Source of the DNA: Hyphochytrium catenoides
Taxonomy: Eukaryota > Protista > Hyphochytriomycota
Reading direction: 5' to 3'
Length of the DNA: 64,000 bases
NCBI GenBank assembly: GCA_900088475.1
Contig: FLMG01003815.1
Span: forward strand, 68,205-132,204
Part shown: in pieces, positions 1-12,085 of the stretch
Numbering within the stretch: the first letter of the stretch is position 1
How the letters are laid out: each line of letters begins with the position of its first letter
Position numbers and translations under genes: made by a program
Notes under the pieces: model-generated
What the model was told of the DNA's origin: nothing
Database searches by the model: none
What the model saw: the letters and a program-made list of their open reading frames with translations, nothing else

Positions 1-126
1 GAACCTGAGCGGCTACACGTACCAGTTGGGCTTGGCAGAAGGCAAGTTCTAGCTCTAAGATGAGCGTTAAACCACAAAAGGCAATAGCATAGATCTCTGC
101 AGCGAATCTGACGGTATCATCAGCAC

Positions 127-907
127 TTGGAAGTGCGAACAGATGGACCAATCCTGAAGCGAGCGCTAGAAAGACAGCGCGAAGACAAGAAAGAGAGATC
201 GTCAGATCTGACTAGCTTAGAAGACGAGATAAATGCCCACCTACCTCCTACCACAGTCAAGCATCTAAAGAAGAAGCATAGGCCCAGAAAGATTTTACGA
301 CCACAAATGAAATTTGTGGCGCCTGGAGTAAAGAGTTCTAAGAATGCATCCCATGCTGTTGGTCGCTTTTCCTTCTTGTTATCGTCAGCGGTATCCCTGC
401 CGACCAAAGCACCGTGACGAGGACTAGATTTCACAGCTGCATCTTGCGGTTGGCCTCTGTTGGATAAGCCACTTTGCTGTGAGCTACTTGATGTTATGTC
501 TGTTGACGTGACGGGAAGCTTTCGTCGAGGACTGAGGGTACGGGGGGTGAGACTGGCAGTCTCCTCAGCCATGGGGGACATCGAGTTCATCATCGTCAAA
601 TAACCCCATGACCAGCTTTACTAGATGATATCAAGCAACCCAAGCAGCCACCTGGTCTCGCAGACTGGCTGGGCAGCCTTTACCTCACCTCCTGTGCCCA
701 CCTAGCCCACAGTTCATGACGACAAAGGACCAACTTCACACTATTATCTTGGAAGAAGTGCATCTGTCCGATCTGCAGATGCCCTTCAGAGCTTCATCAG
801 AGCATCGCTGTCATCATCAGCAGAGATCAAAAGCTGTCAGCGTCCCTAACAAACAGCCTATGTACAACATGTACGAGGGCAATTGTTTAGCGCAAAAACG
901 ATCTTGA
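127..907 (+). CDS. Possible 3' exons of an unidentified gene that begins before the window
   Basis: ORF 127-417 (charged, follows a CAG acceptor near 123) and ORF 716-907 end before an AT-rich stretch. No recognisable motif, and a competing ORF (120-599) lies on the minus strand. Confidence 0.25.
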
Positions 908-1416
908 TCACATTTCTAAATAGATGCCTTTATATAGAGCTTATTAGGTATAGGTCCTATTCGATTCTCGATATGTCCAGATGAGTTTTATGATGTTTCC
1001 TTCCCCTTCTACTTTTCCTTCATCCCTGAGGCGGAGCTCCTTCACAAGGCCATAGAACCAGGCAGCAGCTGCTCGGCTGATGGAGCTTCAGACCCTGCTG
1101 GTGCATCATCAGATCTGTCGCAGCTGGCAGCAGGGCAGAGCTCGGAAACGCAGATCTTGATGAACGGCGTTGCGAGCTGCAGGAACTGACTGCTGGCGTG
1201 CAGTCTGGGATACTCAGTTATCTTACAACGCACACTCTCCTCGTCCCCATCCAAGATAGACATTGGACTGATAGTGTGCCGCTGCGGGTCTGAGAGACGC
1301 AGACAGTACCACTCTTGTTGCCTTGGCCCAAGAATCAAAGATTTGCGGTGTAGCGCTGCTGAGCTGAGGGAATTTTGGAGTGCCAGCGTAATAAGCCTGT
1401 ACTGCTGCAAGGCACC

Positions 1417-3035
1417 ATGGGCACGAAGGGCAATAGCGTGACGAAGAAGACCGTAAAGGAAAATGGTGCGGCTGCCGGAGCAGCAAGAGACAGTAAGGCG
1501 AGCAATGCTCCCAAAGCCGGCAGCGGCTTTGGGCCTTATTCTCTGATATGGATCATGCTATCTGTATCAATTGCCGCTCTTAGCACTTACTGGAAGGAGC
1601 CCCTGCTGGAGCTCGGATCTCATGCTAGGCGACTATTGAACACCTCCAATGGTTCCATGTCCGCATCTACCTGTCGCGCAAACCAGTACTTGACGTTGGA
1701 CGAGCCTGTACCGGGATTCCATGTGCTGTGCGTGGATAGGAAAACCGACGATAACACTCTAAACGTCAGAGCCTTTAGATGGGGCAAAAACGATTCACTG
1801 GCCTTTACCTCCCCCTCCACCTTCAGTGGTCTTAGACAGTAAGTGTACTCGAAGCTTTGACGCTACCACGTCGGGCAAGAGAAAGACTGAACCGTTTGAA
1901 TAGGTCTATTGCTGAGGCTCTAGGGATTCCTCCGAAGGTGACGGACTTGGAAAAGCGGTATAAGAATGACTGGATCATCACGGAGACAGAGGGTCGGCAT
2001 CTCCACGACTTGGATCAGGTGCTAATCCAGGGCACGGTGTTTGTCTTCGAGGGAGGCAACTTCATATGGCCCGGTACGAAAAACCTTAATGAGCTGCTAA
2101 TCACAATTGCCGTCACCCCCTCATTTTTGTCGACTGTCGTGGACCGAGGCTACTCTCGTACTTCACGTTTCTTATAGAGATCATTGCCTCTCTTCTACTT
2201 TGTTCCTGCTAGGTGTCCGCGTTGGTCATACTTGGACTACGGAGGTCGATGGTGTCGGCAGGCTGCGCTTCACTACCCTGGCCATGAAGCCTCTCGTCCT
2301 GTCAGTGGACAACTTCCTTAAAGACGAGGATGTTGAGCATATTCAGCAATTGGCCTTGCCAAACCTCCAAGAATCGGGTGTCGCGCTGAAAGACGTAGAC
2401 AAGGGCAAACCAGCAACAACGTGGCGTACCAGCACCAACACCTTCCTAGCCTCCACAACTGATCAGTTAAAGAGCATTGATAAGAGGGTAAGGGCACGGG
2501 ACGATGTGATTCAGGCAGACTGTCACTAAGGGGACACCCTGCGGCATCATCTTCCTTCTGGATATCTTCCCGCTTACAAAGATTCTCTCTCGTCTCTCTC
2601 TAGGTCGAGGATATCACGAAAGTGCCATCAGACCACCAGGAATTCCTCCAAGTACTACGCTATGAACTGACCCAAAAGTATGATGCTCATCACGACTACT
2701 TTGATCCAGACCACTATCAGACCAATGAGGAAACGCTTCAGATGGTTGAGTACGGTCATAAGAATCGTATGATCACCGTCTTTTACTACATGTCCGATGT
2801 CCCTGAGGGCGGGCACACGTGGTTCCCTAGGGCGGGAGGACTTGAATATCCTGAGCGTCATGATAAATGCGAAGGGGGCCTATTGGTACCGCCTCGTAAG
2901 GGTAGTGTGGTCATTTTCTATAGCATGAGGCCCGATGGCAGCATGGACCCATTCTCCCTACACGGAGGTTGCCCAGTAAAGCAAGGCACAAAGTGGGCAG
3001 CCAACAAGTGGGTGTGGAACAAGGTGTACCGCTAA
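1417..3035 (+). CDS. Prolyl 4-hydroxylase (2OG-Fe(II) dioxygenase) with an N-terminal membrane anchor; 4 exons (1417-1838, 1904-2073, 2213-2487, 2604-3035)
   Basis: Motifs WRTSTNTFL, LQVLRYELTQKYDAHHDYF (HxD), NRMITVFYYMSDVPEGGHTWFP and LHGGCPVKQGTKWAANKW (distal His, 2OG-binding Lys). Hydrophobic segment YSLIWIMLSVSIAALSTYW. GT-AG introns join in frame. Confidence 0.92.
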
Positions 3036-3124
3036 AGACAGGAGTCCCATGTGTGTGAGATGAGGGGAAAATAGACGGATGTCCTTGAGAACTTGTCGTA
3101 GAAGGTAGATAGAACTGTGCGGTT

Positions 3125-6100
3125 TTAGGTCTTGCTGAAGAAGTAACAGATGGAGGCTCTCCCCTGTGCCACCTTTTGCTTCTTAGCCTTACTGCTTTGC
3201 GTCCGGTCATCTGTCCGCCCTTTAACGTGTTTGCTCCCAGTTTGTCTAGAGATGGGAGAGATACTATCCTCGACTTTTCGGCTTCCTCTTTTCTGGTCAG
3301 GAGTACTTTCCTGAAGGCTCTTACTGTCTCCGAAAGTGTCGTCTGTCCTCTCTGTATTTTCAGTGGGTCTGATGCTTCCCAGAGAAATGAAGCTTGTAGC
3401 CGGAAGACTGTTCAACTCGTTCTCTGGCTCCAAGTGTAAGCTTTGGGAAGAGCTGCTGTCCCATATCTCGACCACATCGACGTCAGCAGCAATGCTCTCC
3501 ATCCTGTCCTCCAGAGATTGCGGGTAGCGAGTATCTTTTGCCGACGTAGGATTTGGTGGTGAAACCGCCGCGTTCTTCTTACTAGCAGCGCTGGGGACAG
3601 CCAATGTTTGGGCCTTGAGTCGGGCTATCAGAGAAGATGTTTCCGTGCGCTGTGCCACCGTTCCTCCTCGCTATTAAGAGGTCAAACAACCAAAATCAAT
3701 TAGCTATGTAGTAGGTACAGAAGGTCGTTGAAAGCCTTGTAGCGGTTAGAGATCATATGAAAAGGTCAGAAGAAAAGGAGGTCTATCACTATCTTCTATG
3801 ACCGTCTAGAACACCTCGGTCTAGAAGAGGAAAGGAGGGGTATTCAATAGCAAAGTTCTCATAGGACAGACATAATGCGCGTACCAGAAGAATAGGTTCA
3901 GACTGTGATCGAAGTGAGGTGCGAGGAAGCTCCATTTTGGCAGCAGTTTTGGATGGCGTCAATATCTCGCCTTTTGAGATAAAGGGCACGGAATGGCTTC
4001 TTTGGGGATGCTGTGGCGCTGGATAGGCATTGAGGGGTTGCTTAGAACGAGGATGGATTAGGCCTTCAGCTATACTCCGAGCTGTAGTCTCATCAAAGGT
4101 CATTCCCAACAAGGCAAAGCCCGAGCTCTCTCTGACAATTCTCTGCTCTGAAATCGAGGCGCATGCCTCACTTTCCGTATGGCACATGGACTGTGATTGG
4201 TCCCCCTGCTCCCCATCCGAAGAGAACTCATCAATCTCGCTGTCAATCCCGGCTGATGAATGTGAGCTACTCGTTTGAGTCTGAAGCTTTGTAGTCCTAC
4301 TGTTTCTACGCTTCTTCTTCTGGGAGACGACAGGTGGGTTGATGGTGATCAGCTTGAGACCAGGGTTGTTGGTAACATTACTCTGGGAAGAGCTGTTTTC
4401 TTTGTTGTCTCTCTCAACATCTTTGCCTGCTCTCTGCTCTTGGCTATCTTCCACCTTCTCCTGGTTATTTAGGTCGTTCAACGTTACGCACTTCTTGGTG
4501 TCTGGGTCATAGACTCGATGATAGAGAAACAGATTCTCCGCTTGATGAAATTTGTCAAGATAGCCCATCGGTATCTACAATATCAATAAGCCGCAACACA
4601 CTTATGAGCGCTACGCATCAGAGACTAGAGGGGAGAAGATCCATGACAAAGGGTTCAACAGCATCAACGTGGGTGGAATTGGTGTGTATGTGAAAACGGA
4701 GCCCAACTGTAGTGATGTTGAAGATATGAATGAACTCTGAAAGTGACTTTGCTGAGTTACATCGACCTTGAGCTTTATTGCTTTGCTGCTTGAGTTATGA
4801 AGAATCCTAGAGACCCTTTTCCCATCAGGAACAGACCGATATTTAACTAGAAGCTTCTGTGCAGTCTACATGGACACGAATGGAGATGATCAAATTATTG
4901 TGACATATAGTATGAAGCACCGAAGAGCCTACCGCTAAGCCAATGCCAGGCAACGAGCTCAGATAGTCGCAACCAGCCATAATGCACATCTGAATAAATA
5001 ATCGAGAGCCGTTGGGGCACTCGGGAGCCATGAACTGAATCATGTCTTTGACAAAACCTTTCGCTATGAGAGGGACGTAGTTATAAGATAGGGTATCCAG
5101 ATGAGAATGGTCATGAGATTATTAAGGCAGACGTTGGAGATCCAAAGGTCGTCTAAGTAGCGAAACAAGGGACCAAATGGCTAATCTATACGAGGCATGA
5201 AAAGAAAGGAATGGGAAGAAGTGAGGACCGGCGGAAAGACGAGCGTACAGAGTTCATGATGATTTGACAAGCGCTAACAGAGTGGACCCACCTCCTGATG
5301 CTCTCTCTCGCAAGCAGCGAAGGTCCAATTCCTAGCAGGTGTTACTAAGGTCACTCTGGCTAACAACGAGGTGCGCGAATAGCCTTACCTCTCCATTTCC
5401 GTAGGCATCCATCTTATAAAAAACAGGACAGGACGAGCCAGCTGCGACGCAGTATACTAAGATATCAGAGTCTTCACTCAGTATCACGTCTGCTTTGCCT
5501 CTTTTGACCAGATAGGCGAGCTGGGAGCTGAAGGTAAGGCTTCGAAGTACATTTGAAAAGTGACTAAACTCCGACGCTGACCTGCGCATCAGCCTCATAC
5601 GGAGCCACCAGAAAGGGAACGTTCTCCTTCCGCAAAGCACTAATAACGGCAGCAGCCATTTCAGGGTTGGCAGGGACAGCCTAGGTCTATCTGTTCAGAA
5701 CAGCGTCTTTTTGTCTTCCAAAGCAGCAGATCTCCCCACTTACCCTCTGAAGGTATTCATTCGCTTCTCGGAAGAGATCCTCCTTCTGAGATTCTGGAGC
5801 CTGTTCTGCTTCTCTCAAGAGTCTTTTTCCTTTCTCAATATTAGCCTTTCGATCCTCATGGCGTTGTCGGAGTGTATCTTCCTGTACAAATGAGGAGTTC
5901 ATCTGGCGCCGAAGCAAAGCATTAACTGAGAAACTTCTGCTCACCTTGCCAGGCACTCGATCACCATCAAAGACCTGCATGTTAGGGAATTAAAAAAGTG
6001 ATTAGGGGTCAATATTTTCGAGAAGAGTGTCAACAACTAGCAAGACATACGCACCACATAAGGTGTGATATTATGGTGCTTCATCATCCCAATGCGATGC

Positions 6101-6352
6101 ATAAAGTACCGAACGAAGCTATCAGTGGGTAGTCCTTCAACGAGCTCTTGAGCGCATGAATATGCTCTACGTAGATCATTGTCAGCCTCTTCTCTTGTGT
6201 CTACTAGCTGTAATAATAAGAGGAAAGAGTACGGACCCCTTATGCAGCCAGGAGTAGCCATCGATTGCAACGGTCATGCCAGCATATTTGGAAATGTGTT
6301 GGTCCTTGGACGTGATGTCCCGCAGCTCGCGGAGAAGGCCTTTGATACCCAT
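3125..6352 (-). CDS. EXO1: Exonuclease 1 (XPG/FEN family), multi-exon
   Basis: N-terminus [11 protein letters not shown]...[18 protein letters not shown]; [11 protein letters not shown]; VFDGD; [13 protein letters not shown]; [11 protein letters not shown]; [18 protein letters not shown] (H3TH); FLYHRVYDP; low-complexity C-terminal tail. Confidence 0.93.
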
Positions 6353-7236
6353 TGAAGAAGAGTGAAGCTCTTCTCACACGTCCAGCAACTCTTGTCACGA
6401 GGAAGAAACGAACACTAGCTACACCCGACGGTCATAGCGCCTCGTCTGACAGAGGCCACAATGGCGGAAGTAGCTCTGATACACGATCTTCTGCTTACGA
6501 CTCGTAGCGTACCCCAGTTCTAGACATTACCTCTGCGGCACCTTGATAGACTAAGCTTCAGTAGAGAGCTCTATCATGCCAAAAAGCTTCATAGTGGTTC
6601 ATGCGGTGCACCAATGAAACTTGGTCGAAGTATGACAATTGACAATTGTTTGTTTCGCGCTATCGCTTTGGCGCCAAAACTTTAAACTTCAACGGATGCC
6701 AGCCGGTAACGGCCTTCTGCTGTAGTTGAGGAAGAAAGGAAGGATCCTGAGTCTCCAGCACAAAGGAGATGACGATCAATCCATCATCTCCGCACTCTCT
6801 CTGAGATCGATAAGAAGTGGTCGATGAAGATGAATGAATGGCAGATACGGTTGATATATAGTACAGCAGGCAGGGAGGTACAGGCCCGCAATGACAAATA
6901 AGGAACAGGCTCCGGATGGTCATCTAGCTTTCGCGTAGGCTTCTTTAGCAGCTAATTGGTGACACGGCCGGAAGGCGTTGTCCACGAGTTAGTACAGAGT
7001 ATGACAGGCGCGCAGCCGTAATATTGCCATCGTCCTCCCGTGGAATCCTAAAAAACTCGATGTACTCGGTGTGCCCTTGCCTGACTCCCTATCAGGAGAG
7101 CAGAAGCAACAACAATAAAATGATTGATGGCCGGCCCGATAAGGTTGGGTGTCGTCATTATCATTCTGACTGATCGCCGTCTGCAGACAGAGAAAAGATC
7201 ACTTTGAAAATTTGAGACCTGAGACTCACTTTATCT

Positions 7237-7301
7237 GCATCTCCTTTCAGACGGGAGGATGAGAAGAAGGTTTGATCATTCTCCCGTCTGAAAGGAGGTG
7301 C
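7237..7301 (+). other. 26-bp stem / 13-nt loop hairpin (candidate structured RNA)
   Basis: gcatctcctttcagacgggaggatga (7237-7262) pairs with tcattctcccgtctgaaaggaggtgc (7276-7301): 24 Watson-Crick pairs plus 2 G-U pairs on the + strand. Confidence 0.6.
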
Positions 7302-7959
7302 GTCGCACTCTTCACACCTCACACTTCTCCGCAGAGTAGTTTACATATGACACGGCGGGCCGTAATGTGACGCGATGGAAGGATTCCACCAAGGGTATAG
7401 AAGAGTTCTTTGGGCGTTAGCCACAATGTAAACTGATATATGAGCTTTGGCCTTTCTTTCTCATGTGGTTGCTCCCTCCGCTGCGAGCACTCACTCCGTC
7501 ACATTCACTGGACGATGAACAGCAGTCCATCCTTCACGTTAAAAATGGACTGCATAGACGATGAGGATGATGAGCGAAAGTGCCCCATGACTATCAAATC
7601 TGACGATTGAGCAAGATCTGGAGTAAGAGAGCCTCCAGAGTTTGCCTTACTCTAGATCTTGCCAATGAACTCTTCGTTGAGGAGCAGCAGCTTGGCCTGG
7701 ATCCTTCTCTTGACAATTACTTGGAAGACAACATGCAGCATGTTTGATTATAATGAAGAGGTCTAGACATGCCTACGAACAGATTGGACGACGGAATGCC
7801 CTTGTAGTCGGGTCTGGGCCCCTGGGGGTGGCCGCGCTCAAGTTGAACATAGAGAACGAGGAGAAGGAATGAACGAATAGCCCAGCATCGTAGTGATGAG
7901 ATCTGCTGTATTAAATGGGAGCCTCACCCATGGTCTCGCTACCAGGCAAAGCTCTGCCA

Positions 7960-8457
7960 TTACCGGTCGCTTTTTATGTTCCGTGGGTAATCGCCTTGCT
8001 CTTTCCTTTCCGGCTGCCGGTCGAGCTCGTCGTATCCCAAGCCATTCAGAACGATTAGACAGAAACCGTGGCCGAAGGGATCAGACAAGTTGACCATGCT
8101 TCCCCAACATTCATCTTTCTGGTTGCCCTCAATCTTGGCACCGATCGCGGTGGCTTGTTGGACAGCGAATGGTAGATCTGGCACAACGATATCCAAGTGC
8201 AGTGGTGTCCAATGGCGCTCATAGCTTCGCCGGATTGACGGCATCAAAGGTACAGGGTAGGTCGTACCCGCTGGCATCTCGGCAAGATCCAGACGCAAAC
8301 GGTTGTCTTCAGCCACGAGTTCCGCAAAGCCGCCAGCATGTAGCTTGTGCAAGTGGAAAGGAAATGGTTTGCTTGTGTAGAACTGAACGCCGTCTGTCAA
8401 TGAAGGCACATCAAGGACAATCCTCCCAGAGGATGATGGTACTGCTGCCGATGTCAT
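7960..8457 (-). CDS. VOC / glyoxalase-bleomycin resistance family protein, intronless, 165 aa
   Basis: IVLDVPSLTDGVQFY (first VOC beta-alpha unit) and RHWTPLHLDIVVPDL...AIGAKIEG...WGSMVNLSDPFGHGFCLI...GYDEL (second unit with DPFGHGFCL). First ATG is at 8457. Confidence 0.88.
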   Translation of the reverse strand: MTSAAVPSSSGRIVLDVPSLTDGVQFYTSKPFPFHLHKLHAGGFAELVAEDNRLRLDLAEMPAGTTYPVPLMPSIRRSYERHWTPLHLDIVVPDLPFAVQQATAIGAKIEGNQKDECWGSMVNLSDPFGHGFCLIVLNGLGYDELDRQPERKEQGDYPRNIKSDR

Positions 8458-9797
8458 GATGATGGTGGTGGTGTCCGGAAAGCACTTAATGAACTTTATC
8501 TGCTGTAACAACTAACCTACTCCTATCTTCTCTTGAGCAGAGAAACGGGTTGTTCATTTCCTGTCTCCTCCTCGCTGACTGATATCGTCGCCAGACGAGG
8601 GCACAAGGCATGATGGCTATACTATTCGTCAAGAGCTGAACAGAATCGCTTTTACTTGCTCTTCAGCCTCGACGGACTTACCTTACTCTTCTTTCTCTCT
8701 TTGAGGACAACTCACTACCTGTACCCCGCATCCAGCTCTGCGTATGAGGTTAATGAGAAGGCTGACATCGCTCCTACGAGTACAAGCTTGCAGGGCTGAA
8801 GCAGGAGGATGGGCGATCGGATGAGGAAGAAGAGGGAGCGACAGCAGTAGAACAGCTGCAGTTTTTACTCGGGAAAGAGGACAAACACCTGCGCCTGTAA
8901 GAATCAATAATCGATTATCATAGCCGGTTATCATGACGGGGTTAAGCAGGGGGGGCGACTGTGACCCCTCTGTAACTTCTTTAGACAGTGAAGACTGAGC
9001 TTGGATGCTGGTGGGGGGGTGTAACGGATAGAGGGGCATACAGGGCCTCCAGGCCTTCTTGTTAGGCTAACCAAAGGGCTAACAAGAGCTCCAGAGGAGT
9101 CACATGAGCTGGTCCATAGCTTGACGGCCATCACCACGGGGCGGCCTCAAACCAACTCTCCAGCTTGTACGAGTACTATTTCCTTCTTCACTCACCACCA
9201 GCGCGCGGCGGTCGCCGATAATAACGTCACATACTATCAGCAGCGATCAGGACTGCCTGTTGACCAAGAACAAAGGAGAGGAGGGTGTTGACGGGTAGAG
9301 TGTGGTGGGTGGGTGATGAAGAGAAGAAGAAGCGTGATCAATTTAATGGCTGATGGCTGGAGGAAGAATAGAAAGATTGGTTGGTTTCCATCGTGGGTCG
9401 CTAAGGAGGAAAGTGGGAGCGAGGGACGAGAGAAAGGCAGCAGGAGGAGGACGACGGCACTGAGAACGGAGGGCATCTAGTCCCGCTCCAAACAGGGGCC
9501 CTTTGCCAGCGAACGAAGCCTTTGTAGTTTCTATCCTTAAGTGGCATGGATCGGTAGAGCGTAAGCAGGGGGTAGTAGTGTAGTAGCTCAAATCCTTAAG
9601 CGCTTTATCATCCCATGATGAAGGGCCTACTCTTCTGAATGCTCCTATCTTCTTTCTTAAGAGTAGTAGCCTTCATGGGCAACGATTATGCCGCACAACA
9701 ATATTCAATAAGGCAGACCTCTATGCGACAGCCAAGCCAATAGAATGCAAGACAGGCCGAACAGCGAGGAGAATCACAAATTTGCCCTGCCCCTGTG

Positions 9798-12085
9798 ATG
9801 GAACCACGCTCCGCGGGAGAGAAGAGCTTGGCCTCTCCCTCCGCCGTCATAGCTCATGGAGGCGATGGAGGGCAGCCCAGCAAGACGGCCAAAAAAGTTG
9901 TTGGCTTGAAAGCCACAGAACTATCAAACAAAGACGTCAAGACTCCGCCAAGAGCTGTTGCTGGTCACGTAGCCGAGAGAGTGCCCCATAATTGTCCCGT
10001 TCTCCCTGGCGATTGGACTATTGCTCCACTCTGGGACACAGAGGAAGAGGAGAGGCTGCAAGCAACTGCAGTAGACTTCACCAAGTCGGTATACAGTCTG
10101 ATATACGGACGGCATGCGCAAGAAGAATGGCTGCTCAGCCTACGTCGACGTCCATTCGTGGTTGGACTCTCAGCTCTTGCCTACAACGCGAGCTTTGGGG
10201 CTCTTATTGCTGTCTTCTTTGTTAGGGAGACACAAGGAGTAATCCTCTCTATCTTCGCCTTTCTGGGATCACTGCCCGTCCTCTCAACGTTAGCGCTGAG
10301 CCTAAATCCGATCCTTGTGAAGAAGTTAGTCCAGAAGCCGCAATTCTGGGAGTTTGCGGTGACAGTGGTGGCGTTCTGGGGCACCGTTGGGGTAATGCTG
10401 GGCGGTTTGCGTGGTGNNNNNNNNNNNNNNNNNNNNNNNNNNNNNNNNNNNNNNNCGGCCCCTTCACCGACGCCTTTCACTTTCACTTTCGCTCGAAGGC
10501 CGATGCCTTTTGGGGCTTCATTGTTGCCATTATCTTGGTTTCTACGGTCGCGATCTCTGTCGTGTTCAAAGGTTTTCGTGGTGGAGTGATGTTGAGATGG
10601 TCTATTGGCTCTCGGCAGCTGACAGGAGAAGACGTCGTGGTTCAAACCGCAGGCACGGATATCATTTTTATGACAACGTACCTCCTATCCACGTCTATTG
10701 CACAAAGAATGTTAGAGAGAAGGGTAGCCCGGAGAGGGAGCGGACCACAGCTAAGGAAAACGATCATTCAATGTCCTACACTCCAATGGCCATTGGTTCT
10801 AAAGCCATGGAGGACCATCGACTCATCGCCAGACACCACTCACAAAGAAAACACGGAGAACCATGGCTTGGTTTCTGCGGTTTCGGGTACCGTCACGGTG
10901 ACGAGTGCCACCACTTACGCTGAGGTGCGAGCGAAGAAAAGCACGACGCCACGTAACTTCATGGTCCCGCTTACCATCACAGTGCCCAGAACAGCTCCCT
11001 TGGACTGTAAGCAAACCGTCTTCAGCCATCTTCTCAAAAGTCGAGCTCGAAGGTTGCTGCTATGCCGTCCACAACCAGAGGTGGTGGTGCCCCATGGAGT
11101 GAGAGCTTACACGATGGAAGGCTCCCGCGCTGCTCACCAGATTGGGGCCGTTGTGGACCGAATGCAACGCCGTGATAACAGAGTTGTTACAGCAGTCCTT
11201 CGTCCACTTATACTTTGCGGCGGGGTGGCGTGCTATATCCCCCTGTGCTTTTACTTATGTAGCGCTCGCAAGGAGGCCTCCTCTCAATACCTCTCTTCGT
11301 CCTCATTGGCCTGGCTTTCACCCCTAGCAGCCATTGTGTGCTTTGCCTGGAGCATTGCGTCGTCCTGTTACCTCTCCACAGCATGGAATGTCCAACTTGT
11401 CCGGTTGACCATTCGAACCTCCTTCGACTTTTGGTTTCTGGCCCTTCAGGCAGTGGCGCTGCTTCTCTCACTGAGCGATGCCTTTGAATACGATGAGCGT
11501 TGTCTTGTCCTTGTAAGCTGGTGCATTCTCTATCTTGGCTGCCTTTTCAACGATGCCATCCTCCCCTGTCTTTCTTCATCATCCAACATAGAGTTAAAAC
11601 CTCCTGTAGTCATCTCGAAGCGACTCGTGGGTTTGGCTGTGTTGCTGCCGTTGCTTCTCACACAATGCTGGTTCCTCTATGATCTCATCTACAAAGACGG
11701 TAGCTTCCGCCTACGTTTTCGCACTTTGGTTGAGATCGCTAAGGACTTTGACAAAGGGGGAGAACGAGGAGGAGACGAAGTCGACAAGGCTAATTTAAGC
11801 CCCTCCGACAGCGCGAGGGCGGAACTGCTGCTAAGATTCAGCACGGACAGCTTCATTATAGCAAGGTTAACTTCCCTCATTATCTTTTCCCTGCCCCTTC
11901 TCTACCATTTAGTTGTCATCTGCTCTGTCTCAGACTCCTCCTCCTCATCAGTAGCCTCTTCCTCTTCTACTACTACTGCTACTCACCAGGGGAAACGACT
12001 AAAGCCGGAAGGCGGCGGAGAAAGGAGATTGTACTTCCTGAGGGGCGCGGTGTCGTATGAACACCCATGTCCACCACCTTCTTAG
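9798..12085 (+). CDS. Intronless multi-pass membrane protein of unknown function, with two related halves; interrupted by an assembly gap
   Basis: ORF 9798-10416 and the post-gap frame (GPFTDAFHFHFRSKADAFWGFIVAIILV..., to 12085) both carry many hydrophobic helices. The frame change falls at the 39-N gap. Confidence 0.7.
10417..10455. other. Assembly gap (39 N)
   Basis: Run of n. Confidence 1.

Noticed and set aside
1042-1410. Minus-strand ORF diverging from P4H
   Set aside because: No recognisable motif; only about 73 codons from the first ATG.
7027-7389. Long-range pairing around the 7237 hairpin (gtggaatcct/aggattccac; ccatcg/cgatgg)
   Set aside because: The short matches are not in nested order and could be chance.
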